64,000 bases of DNA from a virus. Location of the stretch: positions 1 to 64,000 of the IMG/VR virus record IMGVR_UViG_3300042402_003577. One strand, written 5' to 3'. Position 1 is the stretch's first letter, and each line of letters starts with the position of its first letter. Shown piece by piece: positions 49,885-59,515 of this stretch. The position numbers and the translations under genes were made by a program. Under the pieces are notes generated by a model, which was not told the DNA's origin, did no database searches, and saw only the letters and a list, made by a program, of their open reading frames with translations.

Positions 49885-50973
49885 TTAAGGAATTATTGTA
49901 CAGTTTTTAGTTAGCAATATAGCCTCTAAGTTTGTTCCTGTAACAGAATTCACATTTCCTGTTAAATTTACACTACAAGTTCCTGCAAAACTAGGTTGAG
50001 CATTTGCCCAAGGCTCACTAGCTGTATATCCTGCAGTAGTCATTTGGTTGCTGCTTAAAAATAAAAATTGCAACGAAACAGGCAACGCAATACTAGGATT
50101 AAAGTCTACTATTTGGTTAAAACTTAAATATAGTTCTATTAAACTACTAGGCAACGCAATGCTAGGGTTGAATGTTACTATTTGGTTGTTGGCTAAATAT
50201 AGTTCTTCCAACGAATTAGACAATGCAATACTAGGATTAAAAGTTGTTATTTGGTTAAAACTTAAATATAAACGTCTCAGCCCGTTTATAACTCCTATTT
50301 TCTCTACATTTACTATTGTGTTATAACTTAAATTAAACTTAGTAGCATCTGCTGTTAAATTACATTGGATTCTATCACCTGTTTTTACAAAATCTGTAAT
50401 AACAATGTTTGTGAAGTCATTTGCGCTAAAATTACCTAGACTATCATACCCGTTTGTTAACCATTGCTGAAAAGTAGCTTGATTTGTAACGGGATAAGGA
50501 TTAAGACTATTATCTAATAATATACTCCAATCCATAGTTAAATCAAAATTGTAAGGTGAACTTACAGGTGCACAACAATTTAATATCTCACAACAAGTGA
50601 GAACTTTAATTATTATATTTGTAAAATTAATTGTTTCAACAGTTTTTCTTGGTCTAATAACGTCTGTAGTTATCCACCACTGTTCTTTTTTACTAGGGCA
50701 TAATGTTGTTCCTGCACAACAATTATAGACATCTTTTACAATTTTCTCTAAAGAAGTCCAGTTAGCTCCTGGTTTTTTTCTACTATAAATCAATGCAGAC
50801 TTTCTTATAAAATAATCTGATTTTTGTAAATTATTGCCATTACACGCACAAGTTAGACCATTACAAGCGAATATATCATTTATAAGATCTGAAAAGTTAA
50901 TAAATGCCCCCTGATTGACAAGTTTTTGTTGTCCTTTATAGATAGTCTCTGAAATAATATTAATTCTTTTCAT
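49885..50973 (-). CDS. Paralogue 1 of the Cys-module family, with C-terminal leucine-rich repeats
   Basis: 24-aa LxxLYLxxNQIxxFNPSIALxxS repeats. Confidence 0.75.
   Translation of the reverse strand: MKRINIISETIYKGQQKLVNQGAFINFSDLINDIFACNGLTCACNGNNLQKSDYFIRKSALIYSRKKPGANWTSLEKIVKDVYNCCAGTTLCPSKKEQWWITTDVIRPRKTVETINFTNIIIKVLTCCEILNCCAPVSSPYNFDLTMDWSILLDNSLNPYPVTNQATFQQWLTNGYDSLGNFSANDFTNIVITDFVKTGDRIQCNLTADATKFNLSYNTIVNVEKIGVINGLRRLYLSFNQITTFNPSIALSNSLEELYLANNQIVTFNPSIALPSSLIELYLSFNQIVDFNPSIALPVSLQFLFLSSNQMTTAGYTASEPWANAQPSFAGTCSVNLTGNVNSVTGTNLEAILLTKNCTIIP
50041..50280 (-). repeat. 72-bp LRR-encoding tandem repeats (about 3.5 units)
   Basis: GCAAT[A/G]CTAGG[A/G]TT and ATTTGGTT recur at 72-bp spacing. 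Confidence 0.8.
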
Positions 50974-50994
50974 GTATATTTATATTTTATTTAA

Positions 50995-51025
50995 CAAAAA
51001 TAAGTATTAATTTTTATATTATAAA
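50995..51025 (-). promoter_or_regulatory. Promoter of the TTTAT-N18-TAnnTTTG class
   Basis: TATTTTTG at 50995-51002 and TTTAT at 51021-51025. Confidence 0.5.
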
Positions 51026-51042
51026 AATTATGTTATGTGTAT

Positions 51043-51079
51043 AAAAAAAAATAGGCGGCAAAGTTTCCTCTGCCACCTA
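51043..51079 (-). terminator. Rho-independent terminator after the auxiliary capsid gene
   Basis: Minus strand TAGGTGGCA-loop-TGCCGCCTA followed by a T run. Confidence 0.85.
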
Positions 51080-51127
51080 CTCCACACACAAAACAATATA
51101 TTAATTAATTTTACTTAATAATATTTT

Positions 51128-52303
51128 TTATATACAATTTAGGCTAATTGTTTTACCACAAGGCCCTGTAGTAACAAAAGCATTCAAAGTAGCTTCTACT
51201 GCTGTTTGAGTAGTAGTATGTGCTTCTGGAACTAGAATAGTTGTGATAAAGTTTGGATGCCAGTTCATACTGTTTGCATTCTCATTTGGAGAAACTGTAT
51301 GGTATCCTAGTACATATTGGCAATATGATTGATTACAGTCAACTAGCAAGTTTTTAGTTCTTGATACGTTCAATTGAGCATAGTAAGGAGCTCCTGTAGT
51401 TTCAACTTCGCTGTTCAAACCATCAAAGCCTGTACCGCCTGGCATTTCAAGATACTCTTCCCACTGCAATTTAGCACCGTGACCTTCTGGTAATCTCATT
51501 CCTGTATTATCTACAGAAACACTTGTAGAATTTGGAGCCCATGCTGAACCTAAGATAACTTGGATAGCTCCAATAGTGTATCTATCAACAATAGCTTCTG
51601 CTGGAGGGAAACATCCACAATCTGCAGTGTTTACTTTGAAAGTAACTTCGATTGCACAAGAGAAACCTGCCGCTGGAGTAATTGGAGAAACTGGGTCTGC
51701 AGAAGTTCTTACTTCTTGAACATATTTAGACAACAACTCGTTTCCTTCAATTTCTGCTTTCAATTTCAAAGCAACTTCTTCACAGTCATGTGTATAATTA
51801 CAATCACCATCGCAAGAAGGACACTCTTCTGATTGAACAGAAATCAATTCTACATGGTATCTGTTTTCTGGGTAGAAAAAGTTCAATGTAGGATCGTTAA
51901 TTCTGATTCCAATAGAATAGTTTTGTGAACAATCTGTACAAGAGAAGTTAAACTTCGCTTTGTTAGACTGTCCAGTTTGAGGAGCTTTTACACTTGCATC
52001 ATCCATTGAACAAGATGTAATAGTCTCACCTGAAGCCAATCTTACATTGTCTGAACTTGTTTTAGAAAGATTTTTATCTACTCCAATTGCAATAAAAATA
52101 GATTTTACTCCTACAATAGTAGTAGCATCTACCGCTGTATTGGTTTCAGCGTTGTAAAAACCAATTTGACCTGGTCTTAGTAAGTATTGTTTAGTAGTAG
52201 CATTGTAAAATGCAGTACCCGTTGCAACAATACCGTATCCTGTCGCACTACCTGCTACTGCGGCAGTTGGAAGGAACATTTGTTTTTGAATTCTTGATCT
52301 CAT
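51128..52303 (-). CDS. Abundant structural protein (auxiliary capsid protein-like, crAss gene-74 position)
   Basis: Beta-rich 391-aa protein with capsid-like codon bias; position downstream of the capsid gene. Confidence 0.6.
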   Translation of the reverse strand: MRSRIQKQMFLPTAAVAGSATGYGIVATGTAFYNATTKQYLLRPGQIGFYNAETNTAVDATTIVGVKSIFIAIGVDKNLSKTSSDNVRLASGETITSCSMDDASVKAPQTGQSNKAKFNFSCTDCSQNYSIGIRINDPTLNFFYPENRYHVELISVQSEECPSCDGDCNYTHDCEEVALKLKAEIEGNELLSKYVQEVRTSADPVSPITPAAGFSCAIEVTFKVNTADCGCFPPAEAIVDRYTIGAIQVILGSAWAPNSTSVSVDNTGMRLPEGHGAKLQWEEYLEMPGGTGFDGLNSEVETTGAPYYAQLNVSRTKNLLVDCNQSYCQYVLGYHTVSPNENANSMNWHPNFITTILVPEAHTTTQTAVEATLNAFVTTGPCGKTISLNCI

Positions 52304-52325
52304 TTTTAAATTTATTTAAGGTTTG

Positions 52326-53030
52326 TTAAATTTTTGATATGTTTAAAATTTTATTTAATTGTGACTCAAAGTCTATAGTATTGCCTACATCTCTCATTGC
52401 GATTAATACTGCAATATCAATAATTTTGTTTGCCTGGAAAGTTGAGTTTATTTCTATATCTCTTTGAACCGCAGGTGTACCATCAGGAAGGTTATATTGC
52501 CCTCCTCCATAGGTAAAATCTTGAGGATTTCCAGGTCTTAAAGGTTTTCTAATATAAGAAAGAAATATTTTTTCTATATCGAAGCCTTCATAGTATAAGT
52601 ATAACTTATTTCCAGACATGTCCATGTTTACTCTTTCAAAAACATAGGAAGAATTAAACATAGGATCATTTGTGTAAATATCATCCTTTTGTATGAAAAA
52701 ATTCTTAATAGTTTTTTTAGGACATTTAGCTGTAAAGCATACAGAATAGGACTCTAAATATCTATAATAATCTGGGGGTAAATCCGCAGTGTAATAGTCT
52801 TCGTTGATCTTATTGACTGGGAGTGGAAAATTTTTTATTTCCAGCTCCCTTATGTCATCTCTTCTTTTTTGGTTTATCTCTAATTGCTCACAAATGTTTT
52901 CAATATAAATTATGTAAGCTTCAAAAAGGTATTCGTCTATCTGAGGTATAAGAAAGTTAGCGTTTCTTAACCCATCTACCTTGTTTGCATGTTGTTTAAA
53001 TTTATAATGGGCTTCTTTTATTGAAAACAT
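52326..53030 (-). CDS. Head-tail connector/ring protein
   Basis: QIDEYL..A, FEx-like LEINQKRRDDIREL, LP.DY, YIRKP, IIDIAV; crAss-like order. Confidence 0.65.
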   Translation of the reverse strand: MFSIKEAHYKFKQHANKVDGLRNANFLIPQIDEYLFEAYIIYIENICEQLEINQKRRDDIRELEIKNFPLPVNKINEDYYTADLPPDYYRYLESYSVCFTAKCPKKTIKNFFIQKDDIYTNDPMFNSSYVFERVNMDMSGNKLYLYYEGFDIEKIFLSYIRKPLRPGNPQDFTYGGGQYNLPDGTPAVQRDIEINSTFQANKIIDIAVLIAMRDVGNTIDFESQLNKILNISKI

Positions 53031-53941
53031 TATTTCATTTTAGCTTTTAAAGCCTCTTCTAGGCTTAAATATAGTGATGAATTTTCTGGTTTTTGTAAGA
53101 AATCAATAATATTCATAGTATCTGTTTGAAGTTGCTCTCCATTGAAGAATACTTTTATATTTTCTTTTCTTAACACTGCGTATTGGTACATTTTCTCAAC
53201 ATTGATAGTAACTTCCAATTTTGCTTTATTTTTAGAATCTGACAACTCAATAAATAAATCTTGAATAGCTGCCAAAGTTTCTTTATTACTATTTTCGGTA
53301 ATTTTAGAATACAACAAGTCTTCTATAATTACTTCCTTCTCATCTCCTGTCAATTTAATACCTAGTGCGGTACACATGTCTCTTTTTTGAGATAGGGTGA
53401 GTTTATTGTATCTTTCGTGTAATTTACTTGTTTTTTCACGCTTAGATTCTCTCACAGTAGCGTCTGCTATTTCATCTTCAATGATCCACTCTGCAGCAGG
53501 ATGTTTAGAAAGAGAAGTCTCTCCTATTACTGTCATTGAATCTGCCGACATAATTGCATAAATCAATTCTTCTGTCGGTTTATTTAGGTCAAGAACTTGA
53601 ATATCTCTTCCTAATTTAGCCCTGCATTTACTATGAGTAAAGAAAGGGTCTTTTCTATTAGAAGGATCTGCTGAAGTTATTTTTTGGTTAGTATACTCGT
53701 CATTTAATGCAAGTTTTTTTACTAATTCATTTATTTGTTCATCAGTATACCTACTATTGGTAGGGCCTAGATGGTATCTGTAAGCATTCTCGTCAAATTG
53801 TGGTCTAAATGTGTTAGCATTAGCCAAAAACGCATAGCTTTCAGAAGCTTGTCTATAAGCAGGGTCAATATTTACTTGCCAATGCTTATTCTTTTTAATG
53901 TTTGGGTAAATTTTTACCTTCTTGTTTGTTAGTGTACTCAT
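53030..53941 (-). CDS. Conserved crAss-like head-module protein (gene-75 position)
   Basis: LDLNKP.EEL.Y motif; directly downstream of the capsid gene. Confidence 0.6.
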   Translation of the reverse strand: MSTLTNKKVKIYPNIKKNKHWQVNIDPAYRQASESYAFLANANTFRPQFDENAYRYHLGPTNSRYTDEQINELVKKLALNDEYTNQKITSADPSNRKDPFFTHSKCRAKLGRDIQVLDLNKPTEELIYAIMSADSMTVIGETSLSKHPAAEWIIEDEIADATVRESKREKTSKLHERYNKLTLSQKRDMCTALGIKLTGDEKEVIIEDLLYSKITENSNKETLAAIQDLFIELSDSKNKAKLEVTINVEKMYQYAVLRKENIKVFFNGEQLQTDTMNIIDFLQKPENSSLYLSLEEALKAKMK

Positions 53942-53970
53942 TGTTTTGTTGTTTGTGTGATTAATAAAAA

Positions 53971-54044
53971 TAGTAGCAACGACTCAGACTCGAACTGGTT
54001 AAACTGGCTTATGAGACCAGAGAGATCCATACCTCCCTCCTGCT
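53971..54044 (-). tRNA. Degenerate tRNA with CAT anticodon (Met/fMet/Ile2), possibly a pseudogene
   Basis: Anticodon arm CTGGT-CTCATAA-GCCAG, T loop TTCGAGT, D stem GAGGT/ATCTC. Acceptor and T stems have mismatches, and the 3' end is CTA. Confidence 0.6.
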
Positions 54045-54063
54045 ATCCTCTATCCAATGATAG

Positions 54064-54095
54064 AAAAAAGGGTATGATTAGAGGGCTCATACCCT
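54064..54095 (-). terminator. Rho-independent terminator after the major capsid gene
   Basis: AGGGTATGA / TCATACCCT stem followed by a T run on the minus strand. Confidence 0.85.
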
Positions 54096-54111
54096 AAGGC
54101 CTATAAAGGTT

Positions 54112-55689
54112 TTATTTTCCTCTTAATACTGCTGGAATCAACTCACCGCATTTTGTAACATCTTTTACCATGATACCTGCGTATTCCATTCTATGTACTG
54201 TCCAGAAGTCACCTGCGTGAGACATCAATGAACCTTGGTTGTTACCGTAAGGATTTGACAATCCACCTTCGAAACCATAAGCTACATCTCTCTTAGATTT
54301 CAAGTAAGAAATGTTTTTACCAAAACCATCTCCCAATCCGTAGTTAACGAATGTAAATCTTGAAGACTCTGCTGGATAACCATTCTCATCTAGGATAGTG
54401 TTGAATGTTACGTCATCATAAGCTTTCATGTGCATAACTGTCAATGAACCACCAAATTTCAATTTGTATTGAGTATATGGAGTTTCAGTGTAAGACAATC
54501 CTGTTGGTCCACCTGGTACCAATGAAGCACCATCTGTTTTAATGAAATAATCTTTCATATCTTTGAAGAAACCTTGAGTTATTTGGTTGATAGCCTCATC
54601 AAACAATCTCAATCCAATCTCTCCAGTCCACATTACAACATTTCTTTGATCGTAAGCAACTCTTCCGAAGAATATATCTTGTAAGAAGTCTTTGATAAGA
54701 CCAATAGAGAAAGTGTTATAGAATTCTCTGTATCCATCTTCCAAAATCTCTTGAAGACCTGGTCCTTGGTTTACAAAGTATCCTGTAGACTCGTCAATAA
54801 CTGTAGAAGTACTTCTTTGATACATCAAGTGAAGTTCTTTTTCCATTTCAAATTCTTTGTTGAATTTAACCTCAGCAACTGAAGTGATATACATGTTACC
54901 TGTATTTTTCTTGCTCAATGCGTTAGCAATTCTTGTTTGGAAAGCTTGTTGGCTCTCACCTGCTTTTCTTCCTGCCAAGATCAACAAATCTGCCTCAGAC
55001 AAGTTACCGTTCAATCTTCTTTGAGCAGCATCTCCTGTCATTTGGTATTGCTTTCTAAATCTTGTCAATCCAGAACGGAATTTAATTTTACCGATAGCAT
55101 CAACACTCATTGAACCACCTTTTACAGATGCCTCAGAATAAGTAGAGTGCATTTTCATTACTCTTGTTCCTGGTGTAAACAAACTGTTGTCAACAAACAA
55201 GTTTGGACTATCAGTCATCAATTTTACTGTGTACACTGTGAAAGAACCTTCTTTAACTGGAGCTTTGCTTACACGCATGTTGAATTTTTTGCTGTCAGTG
55301 AATACCAATGTATCACCTTCTACAAATGTTCCAATGTCAAGTTTAATTCTAAACTCTCTTTGAGCAAGACCTTTTGTCAAGTTTCCTGGTTCAACGTCTT
55401 CAACGATAAGAGCTGGTCTGTATCCTGAAACCATGAATTCCCATTCTACTTTGTCACCTTCAATAGTGATAGTGTCAGAACCTTGTGCAAGTTCCAATAA
55501 TGGTGCAGTACCGTCAAATAATGTTTTCATTGACGCTAATTGACCCATACCGCCTAATGCATCTACGTCTGTTTTAATCAAACCAGCAGCATATAGATTG
55601 TTTAAGTTGGTATAGTTCATACCCCAGTTACGATCACCTGTGATCGTAGGAGCTTTTATAATACCGAATTTACTTTGTGATAATTTCAT
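54112..55689 (-). CDS. Major capsid protein (crAss-like, HK97 fold)
   Basis: 525 aa with TRFRKQYQMTGDA, GPGLQEIL and VMWTGEIG..LF; strong high-expression codon bias; terminase-portal-scaffold-capsid order. Confidence 0.88.
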   Translation of the reverse strand: MKLSQSKFGIIKAPTITGDRNWGMNYTNLNNLYAAGLIKTDVDALGGMGQLASMKTLFDGTAPLLELAQGSDTITIEGDKVEWEFMVSGYRPALIVEDVEPGNLTKGLAQREFRIKLDIGTFVEGDTLVFTDSKKFNMRVSKAPVKEGSFTVYTVKLMTDSPNLFVDNSLFTPGTRVMKMHSTYSEASVKGGSMSVDAIGKIKFRSGLTRFRKQYQMTGDAAQRRLNGNLSEADLLILAGRKAGESQQAFQTRIANALSKKNTGNMYITSVAEVKFNKEFEMEKELHLMYQRSTSTVIDESTGYFVNQGPGLQEILEDGYREFYNTFSIGLIKDFLQDIFFGRVAYDQRNVVMWTGEIGLRLFDEAINQITQGFFKDMKDYFIKTDGASLVPGGPTGLSYTETPYTQYKLKFGGSLTVMHMKAYDDVTFNTILDENGYPAESSRFTFVNYGLGDGFGKNISYLKSKRDVAYGFEGGLSNPYGNNQGSLMSHAGDFWTVHRMEYAGIMVKDVTKCGELIPAVLRGK

Positions 55690-55715
55690 GTTAATTTAAT
55701 TTTATTTTTGAATAT

Positions 55716-56855
55716 TTAATTTATGAATTCTAATTTAATTGTGTTGGGTTTTGTTTTTCCAGAAGCTCTTCTTAAACTTTCCGCCAACTTGCTTTTTTCT
55801 TTACTAGCTACTTCAATTTTATCTGACTTATCTGACAATCCTTCAAATATTTTGTAAGCTAATGCTACCATTTTTTCAGGATCAGAAAGATACTCATTTA
55901 ATTTTTGTTTAAATCCTGTAGCTCTTCCTACAACTTCTCCCTTATCGTTTCTTATCTCTTGTGGAGAAAAGATAAAATCTTCAAAATTACTTTTTTGGTT
56001 TTTAGCAATAACTACATTATCACTCTTACCACTTTGAATAGTTTGTCTGATTTTATTTACACTCTTAATATACTCTTCTCTTTGGATACGAGCATATTCT
56101 TGCTGAGATTTGATAAGATCATCTTCTTGTTTCTCTCTGAAAACTTTTAAATCAGCTTGAATCTTACTAGCTTGATTAAATAGCTTTCCTTTTTCTTTAT
56201 ACCCATCCAATAACGATTCTGCCTCTTCTTCTTCAAGATTCTTAACCGAAGTTAAATATGTCTTTACTAGAGCTGTAGCATTATCCTCATCTTCAATGTC
56301 TACATCCACCCAATTTGTTTCTGCGTGTAAATTGATATAATCATCAATATTTCCGCCATGCTTTAAAAAGTTAAGAACACCATCCACTCTAGGATCATCT
56401 ATTTTATATGAGCTTTTTACTAAATTTAGAGCTCTTTCATCTAAAGTAGCTTCATAAGCTTCAAACAAGGCATCTTCTGATCCATCCCAATCTTCTGGGA
56501 GATTTAAAAGGTTTTTCTCTTGTAATTCTGAAGCAAATATTTTTAAAGGATCTACTTCTGAATTTTCTTCGTCATCTTCGTCTGAAGACTCCTCATCTTC
56601 TTCTTTGGAAGAAGCAGCTTCTTTCTTCTTGTTTAAGATTGCTTGCTTCTCTTCTTCATTAAGATCAAGATCATCAATATTGTCTTCATCTATTAAATCA
56701 GGATTAACTAGGGAAGAGTCATGGTCTTCATCATCATCCTCTTTATTTGTTTCCTCTGTTTCGTTTATAGATTCTATTTTATCTGACAAATTGTTATCAT
56801 CTAAAAGATCGTCATTGAATTCTATAATGTCAAAATCTAAATTGCTCTCTTGCAT
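55716..56855 (-). CDS. Putative capsid scaffolding protein (crAss gene-77 position)
   Basis: Very acidic N-terminus and helical C-terminus; lies between the portal and capsid genes. Confidence 0.7.
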   Translation of the reverse strand: MQESNLDFDIIEFNDDLLDDNNLSDKIESINETEETNKEDDDEDHDSSLVNPDLIDEDNIDDLDLNEEEKQAILNKKKEAASSKEEDEESSDEDDEENSEVDPLKIFASELQEKNLLNLPEDWDGSEDALFEAYEATLDERALNLVKSSYKIDDPRVDGVLNFLKHGGNIDDYINLHAETNWVDVDIEDEDNATALVKTYLTSVKNLEEEEAESLLDGYKEKGKLFNQASKIQADLKVFREKQEDDLIKSQQEYARIQREEYIKSVNKIRQTIQSGKSDNVVIAKNQKSNFEDFIFSPQEIRNDKGEVVGRATGFKQKLNEYLSDPEKMVALAYKIFEGLSDKSDKIEVASKEKSKLAESLRRASGKTKPNTIKLEFIN

Positions 56856-56898
56856 ATTTGTTTGTTTTATGTGTGTGTAAAATAATTGTTTTGTACTG

Positions 56899-56929
56899 CA
56901 AAATTGAAAAAAAATTATTTTTTTATAAA
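56899..56929 (-). promoter_or_regulatory. Scaffold/capsid promoter (variant class)
   Basis: Minus strand TTTATAAAAAAATAATTTTTTTTCAATTTTG. Confidence 0.55.
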
Positions 56930-56984
56930 TTATTTTTTTCTTATAATAAAAAAATTAATTGGTGAGCCCAGTGTTTATAAGGGA

Positions 56985-59495
56985 TTAATCTTTTTTCCCT
57001 TTTTGTTTCATCATCTGAATTTCTGTTTCAATTTTTTTATTCTGAAGTTGTATCTGTGCTATTTTAGCATCATTAAGCTCTACGCTTGACTCATTTTCGT
57101 TTTTTTCCATTTGTAATTGAATCAAATCGTTTGTTCCATCTTGGTCAATATCGTTAGCTCTTTGTAATCTCTGAGCATTCAATTCAGCAGACTTTAATGT
57201 TACAGCATTTCTATCATCAGCCATTTGTTTTTGAGTCTTCAATTCCTCTTGTTTAGCCTGAATCTGCATTTGTTGCATTTGCATTTGTTGCTCTTGTTGA
57301 GATTTTTGCATTTGCTCTTCTTTAGCTTCTTTTTGCTCTTGAATTCTAGCAATGATGTTTTTAACCTCTGTAGCATTCTCTGTAGTGAGAATTTCTGTAG
57401 CCACTCTTAAATCTCCTCCACTATTTTGGATAATAGGTTGAATTAAGTTTTTCAATTGACTAATAATCTCTGTATCTCTTAATGTATTAGTAATAAATAC
57501 TTTATAGTTATAATTTGCAAAATCTGCCACCTCTGTATTCAATGTAGCTATACTTAAATCTGAAAGAATATAAGAAGCCTTCAATGGATTTTCCTTATAG
57601 ATTACTTTACAAATTTCAATATAGTTCTCAACGGTTCTTTCTTTTACATAATTATGCATGTAGAACCATTTCTCAGTTTGATTAGAGGATTGTATAATAC
57701 TTTGTTGGTTATTACCTATAGACTCATACGGAGATTGCTGTCCTAGTCTACCAGGGTTATAACTCATAGACTGTGCCATTTTTTTCTCAATATACTCTAA
57801 TAATTGTATTTTTTGATTTATTTCTTGTGCATGAGATAGGTTGATAGATTTCCAATAGTTAGGATCTACACCCATATTTCTTAAATCGCCTTCTTTAGAA
57901 GCACTAATTAAAGCCACCTTGAATTTCTTAATATAAGTCATCCACTGTGTAGGAGTCATTTCTTTTGGAATCTGTTCTTGTAATCCTAGCAATACATTAC
58001 CTATATCGGTCTTCATCAATTCAATAATTTGATTGATAACTACATTATACAAGAACTGCCAAGGTTTTCCTAAGTCAGCAATTGCTATAGGAGCTGAGTT
58101 TCTTGCCGAATAAACAGAGCCTGTATAAGGGCCTCTAATTTGAAAAGGGTTGTCAACGTCTCTATATTGATTAGGAATAGGTTCAACTTTTATATAAATC
58201 TTTGGATTGGTGAATATTTTATATCCATGCCAGAATTCAGGTATCCATAAAATTTCTTGCTTAACATCTGTTTCTTTGTTAAAAACATAAGTTTCATCCG
58301 CAATAGTTTTTTCTAGGGTGCCATTTTCATTTAACCTAAAGATATATTTAATTTTTTTCAAAGACTTCCAAACAACATGCGTTACTCTTAGTCTTCTAAT
58401 TTTAAAATTATCCGTGTAATTATCTTCCCAAGGATCTACCCAGCTAGGAGTAGCTTCGGAATCTGTAGGATTCATAATAGCGTTAGGAATAATTTCCCAC
58501 ACCTTAGAATCTGAAGGAGAGTTTAATGTAGACTCATATTTGTCAAAAACTTCTCTCTCTTCTTCGGTAATTATATTACCAAATTTTTGATATATCTCGT
58601 AAATAGATAGATACTCGTCATAAGTACACCAGTCTGCTTCATCCAAGAAGTCAACATCTTTTGATTTAGCATAGTTGAAATACAAAGGATTACAAGCTCT
58701 GATAGTAGGTCTACCATTTAACTCTCCTGTCCAATATACTTCTTCTCCTGTAATAATTACATCTTTCCAGCCTTTATCAAAAACTAATTTAATTCTGTCT
58801 GTACGAATATGATATTGTAGTAACTCATCGGTAAGCTTTTCTTCAGGAAGTTTAAATCCTTTAGCCATGTAAGTTTCTACCTCCACTGGTGTCATTTTAT
58901 TAATGGTTTCCTCGAGCTGTGCATCTAGATTGGCAGTAATTTCTTGTAGCTTTTCTAAATACTGAGGGTCCATTGACGGGTCCATCTGGGCTTTTATTTC
59001 TTCCAATCTTTTTTGATTGGCTGCTTTTGCTTTTAAAAGTAATTCTTGTCTTACAATCTTTGAAGTATTCTCAATTAAAAGCTCTCTACGCTTTCTTTGT
59101 CTAACTGACTCACTTGTAGAGTTTGTACTAACCACTCTAATATTAAAAGGTCTTTTGATTTCCTCTCCTTCTAGATCGTGTAATACGTTTTGTAATATAG
59201 GGAAATGTATAAAATCACTTTGGTTAATCTCAATTTCTGGAATATCCATTCCTAATTCATTCTCAATTATATTCCCTGTATTTATATAACTAGTAAAATC
59301 CATTCTACCGTTATATAGTTCGTAGTTTATCTTGAATTTTTCTTTTCTCTCGTTATAATAGTTGTATTGATTGCATAGGTAATCCATTCTCTGCCTTGCC
59401 CAGGCATAGTTATCGGCTATTTTTTTCTTATAACTTAGCCTATCACTTCCAGGCATGTTTAAGAATTGTGCGGTTAAACTATCGTTTATTACCAT
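56985..59495 (-). CDS. Portal protein
   Basis: 836 aa with NYELYNG, HFPIL.N....LEGEE.KRPF, GKPWQFLYNV and RLGQ..YE..GN, plus a Q-rich C-terminal coil; follows the terminase. Confidence 0.9.
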   Translation of the reverse strand: MVINDSLTAQFLNMPGSDRLSYKKKIADNYAWARQRMDYLCNQYNYYNERKEKFKINYELYNGRMDFTSYINTGNIIENELGMDIPEIEINQSDFIHFPILQNVLHDLEGEEIKRPFNIRVVSTNSTSESVRQRKRRELLIENTSKIVRQELLLKAKAANQKRLEEIKAQMDPSMDPQYLEKLQEITANLDAQLEETINKMTPVEVETYMAKGFKLPEEKLTDELLQYHIRTDRIKLVFDKGWKDVIITGEEVYWTGELNGRPTIRACNPLYFNYAKSKDVDFLDEADWCTYDEYLSIYEIYQKFGNIITEEEREVFDKYESTLNSPSDSKVWEIIPNAIMNPTDSEATPSWVDPWEDNYTDNFKIRRLRVTHVVWKSLKKIKYIFRLNENGTLEKTIADETYVFNKETDVKQEILWIPEFWHGYKIFTNPKIYIKVEPIPNQYRDVDNPFQIRGPYTGSVYSARNSAPIAIADLGKPWQFLYNVVINQIIELMKTDIGNVLLGLQEQIPKEMTPTQWMTYIKKFKVALISASKEGDLRNMGVDPNYWKSINLSHAQEINQKIQLLEYIEKKMAQSMSYNPGRLGQQSPYESIGNNQQSIIQSSNQTEKWFYMHNYVKERTVENYIEICKVIYKENPLKASYILSDLSIATLNTEVADFANYNYKVFITNTLRDTEIISQLKNLIQPIIQNSGGDLRVATEILTTENATEVKNIIARIQEQKEAKEEQMQKSQQEQQMQMQQMQIQAKQEELKTQKQMADDRNAVTLKSAELNAQRLQRANDIDQDGTNDLIQLQMEKNENESSVELNDAKIAQIQLQNKKIETEIQMMKQKGKKD

Positions 59496-59515
59496 TTTTA
59501 GTTTATTTAAAAAAA

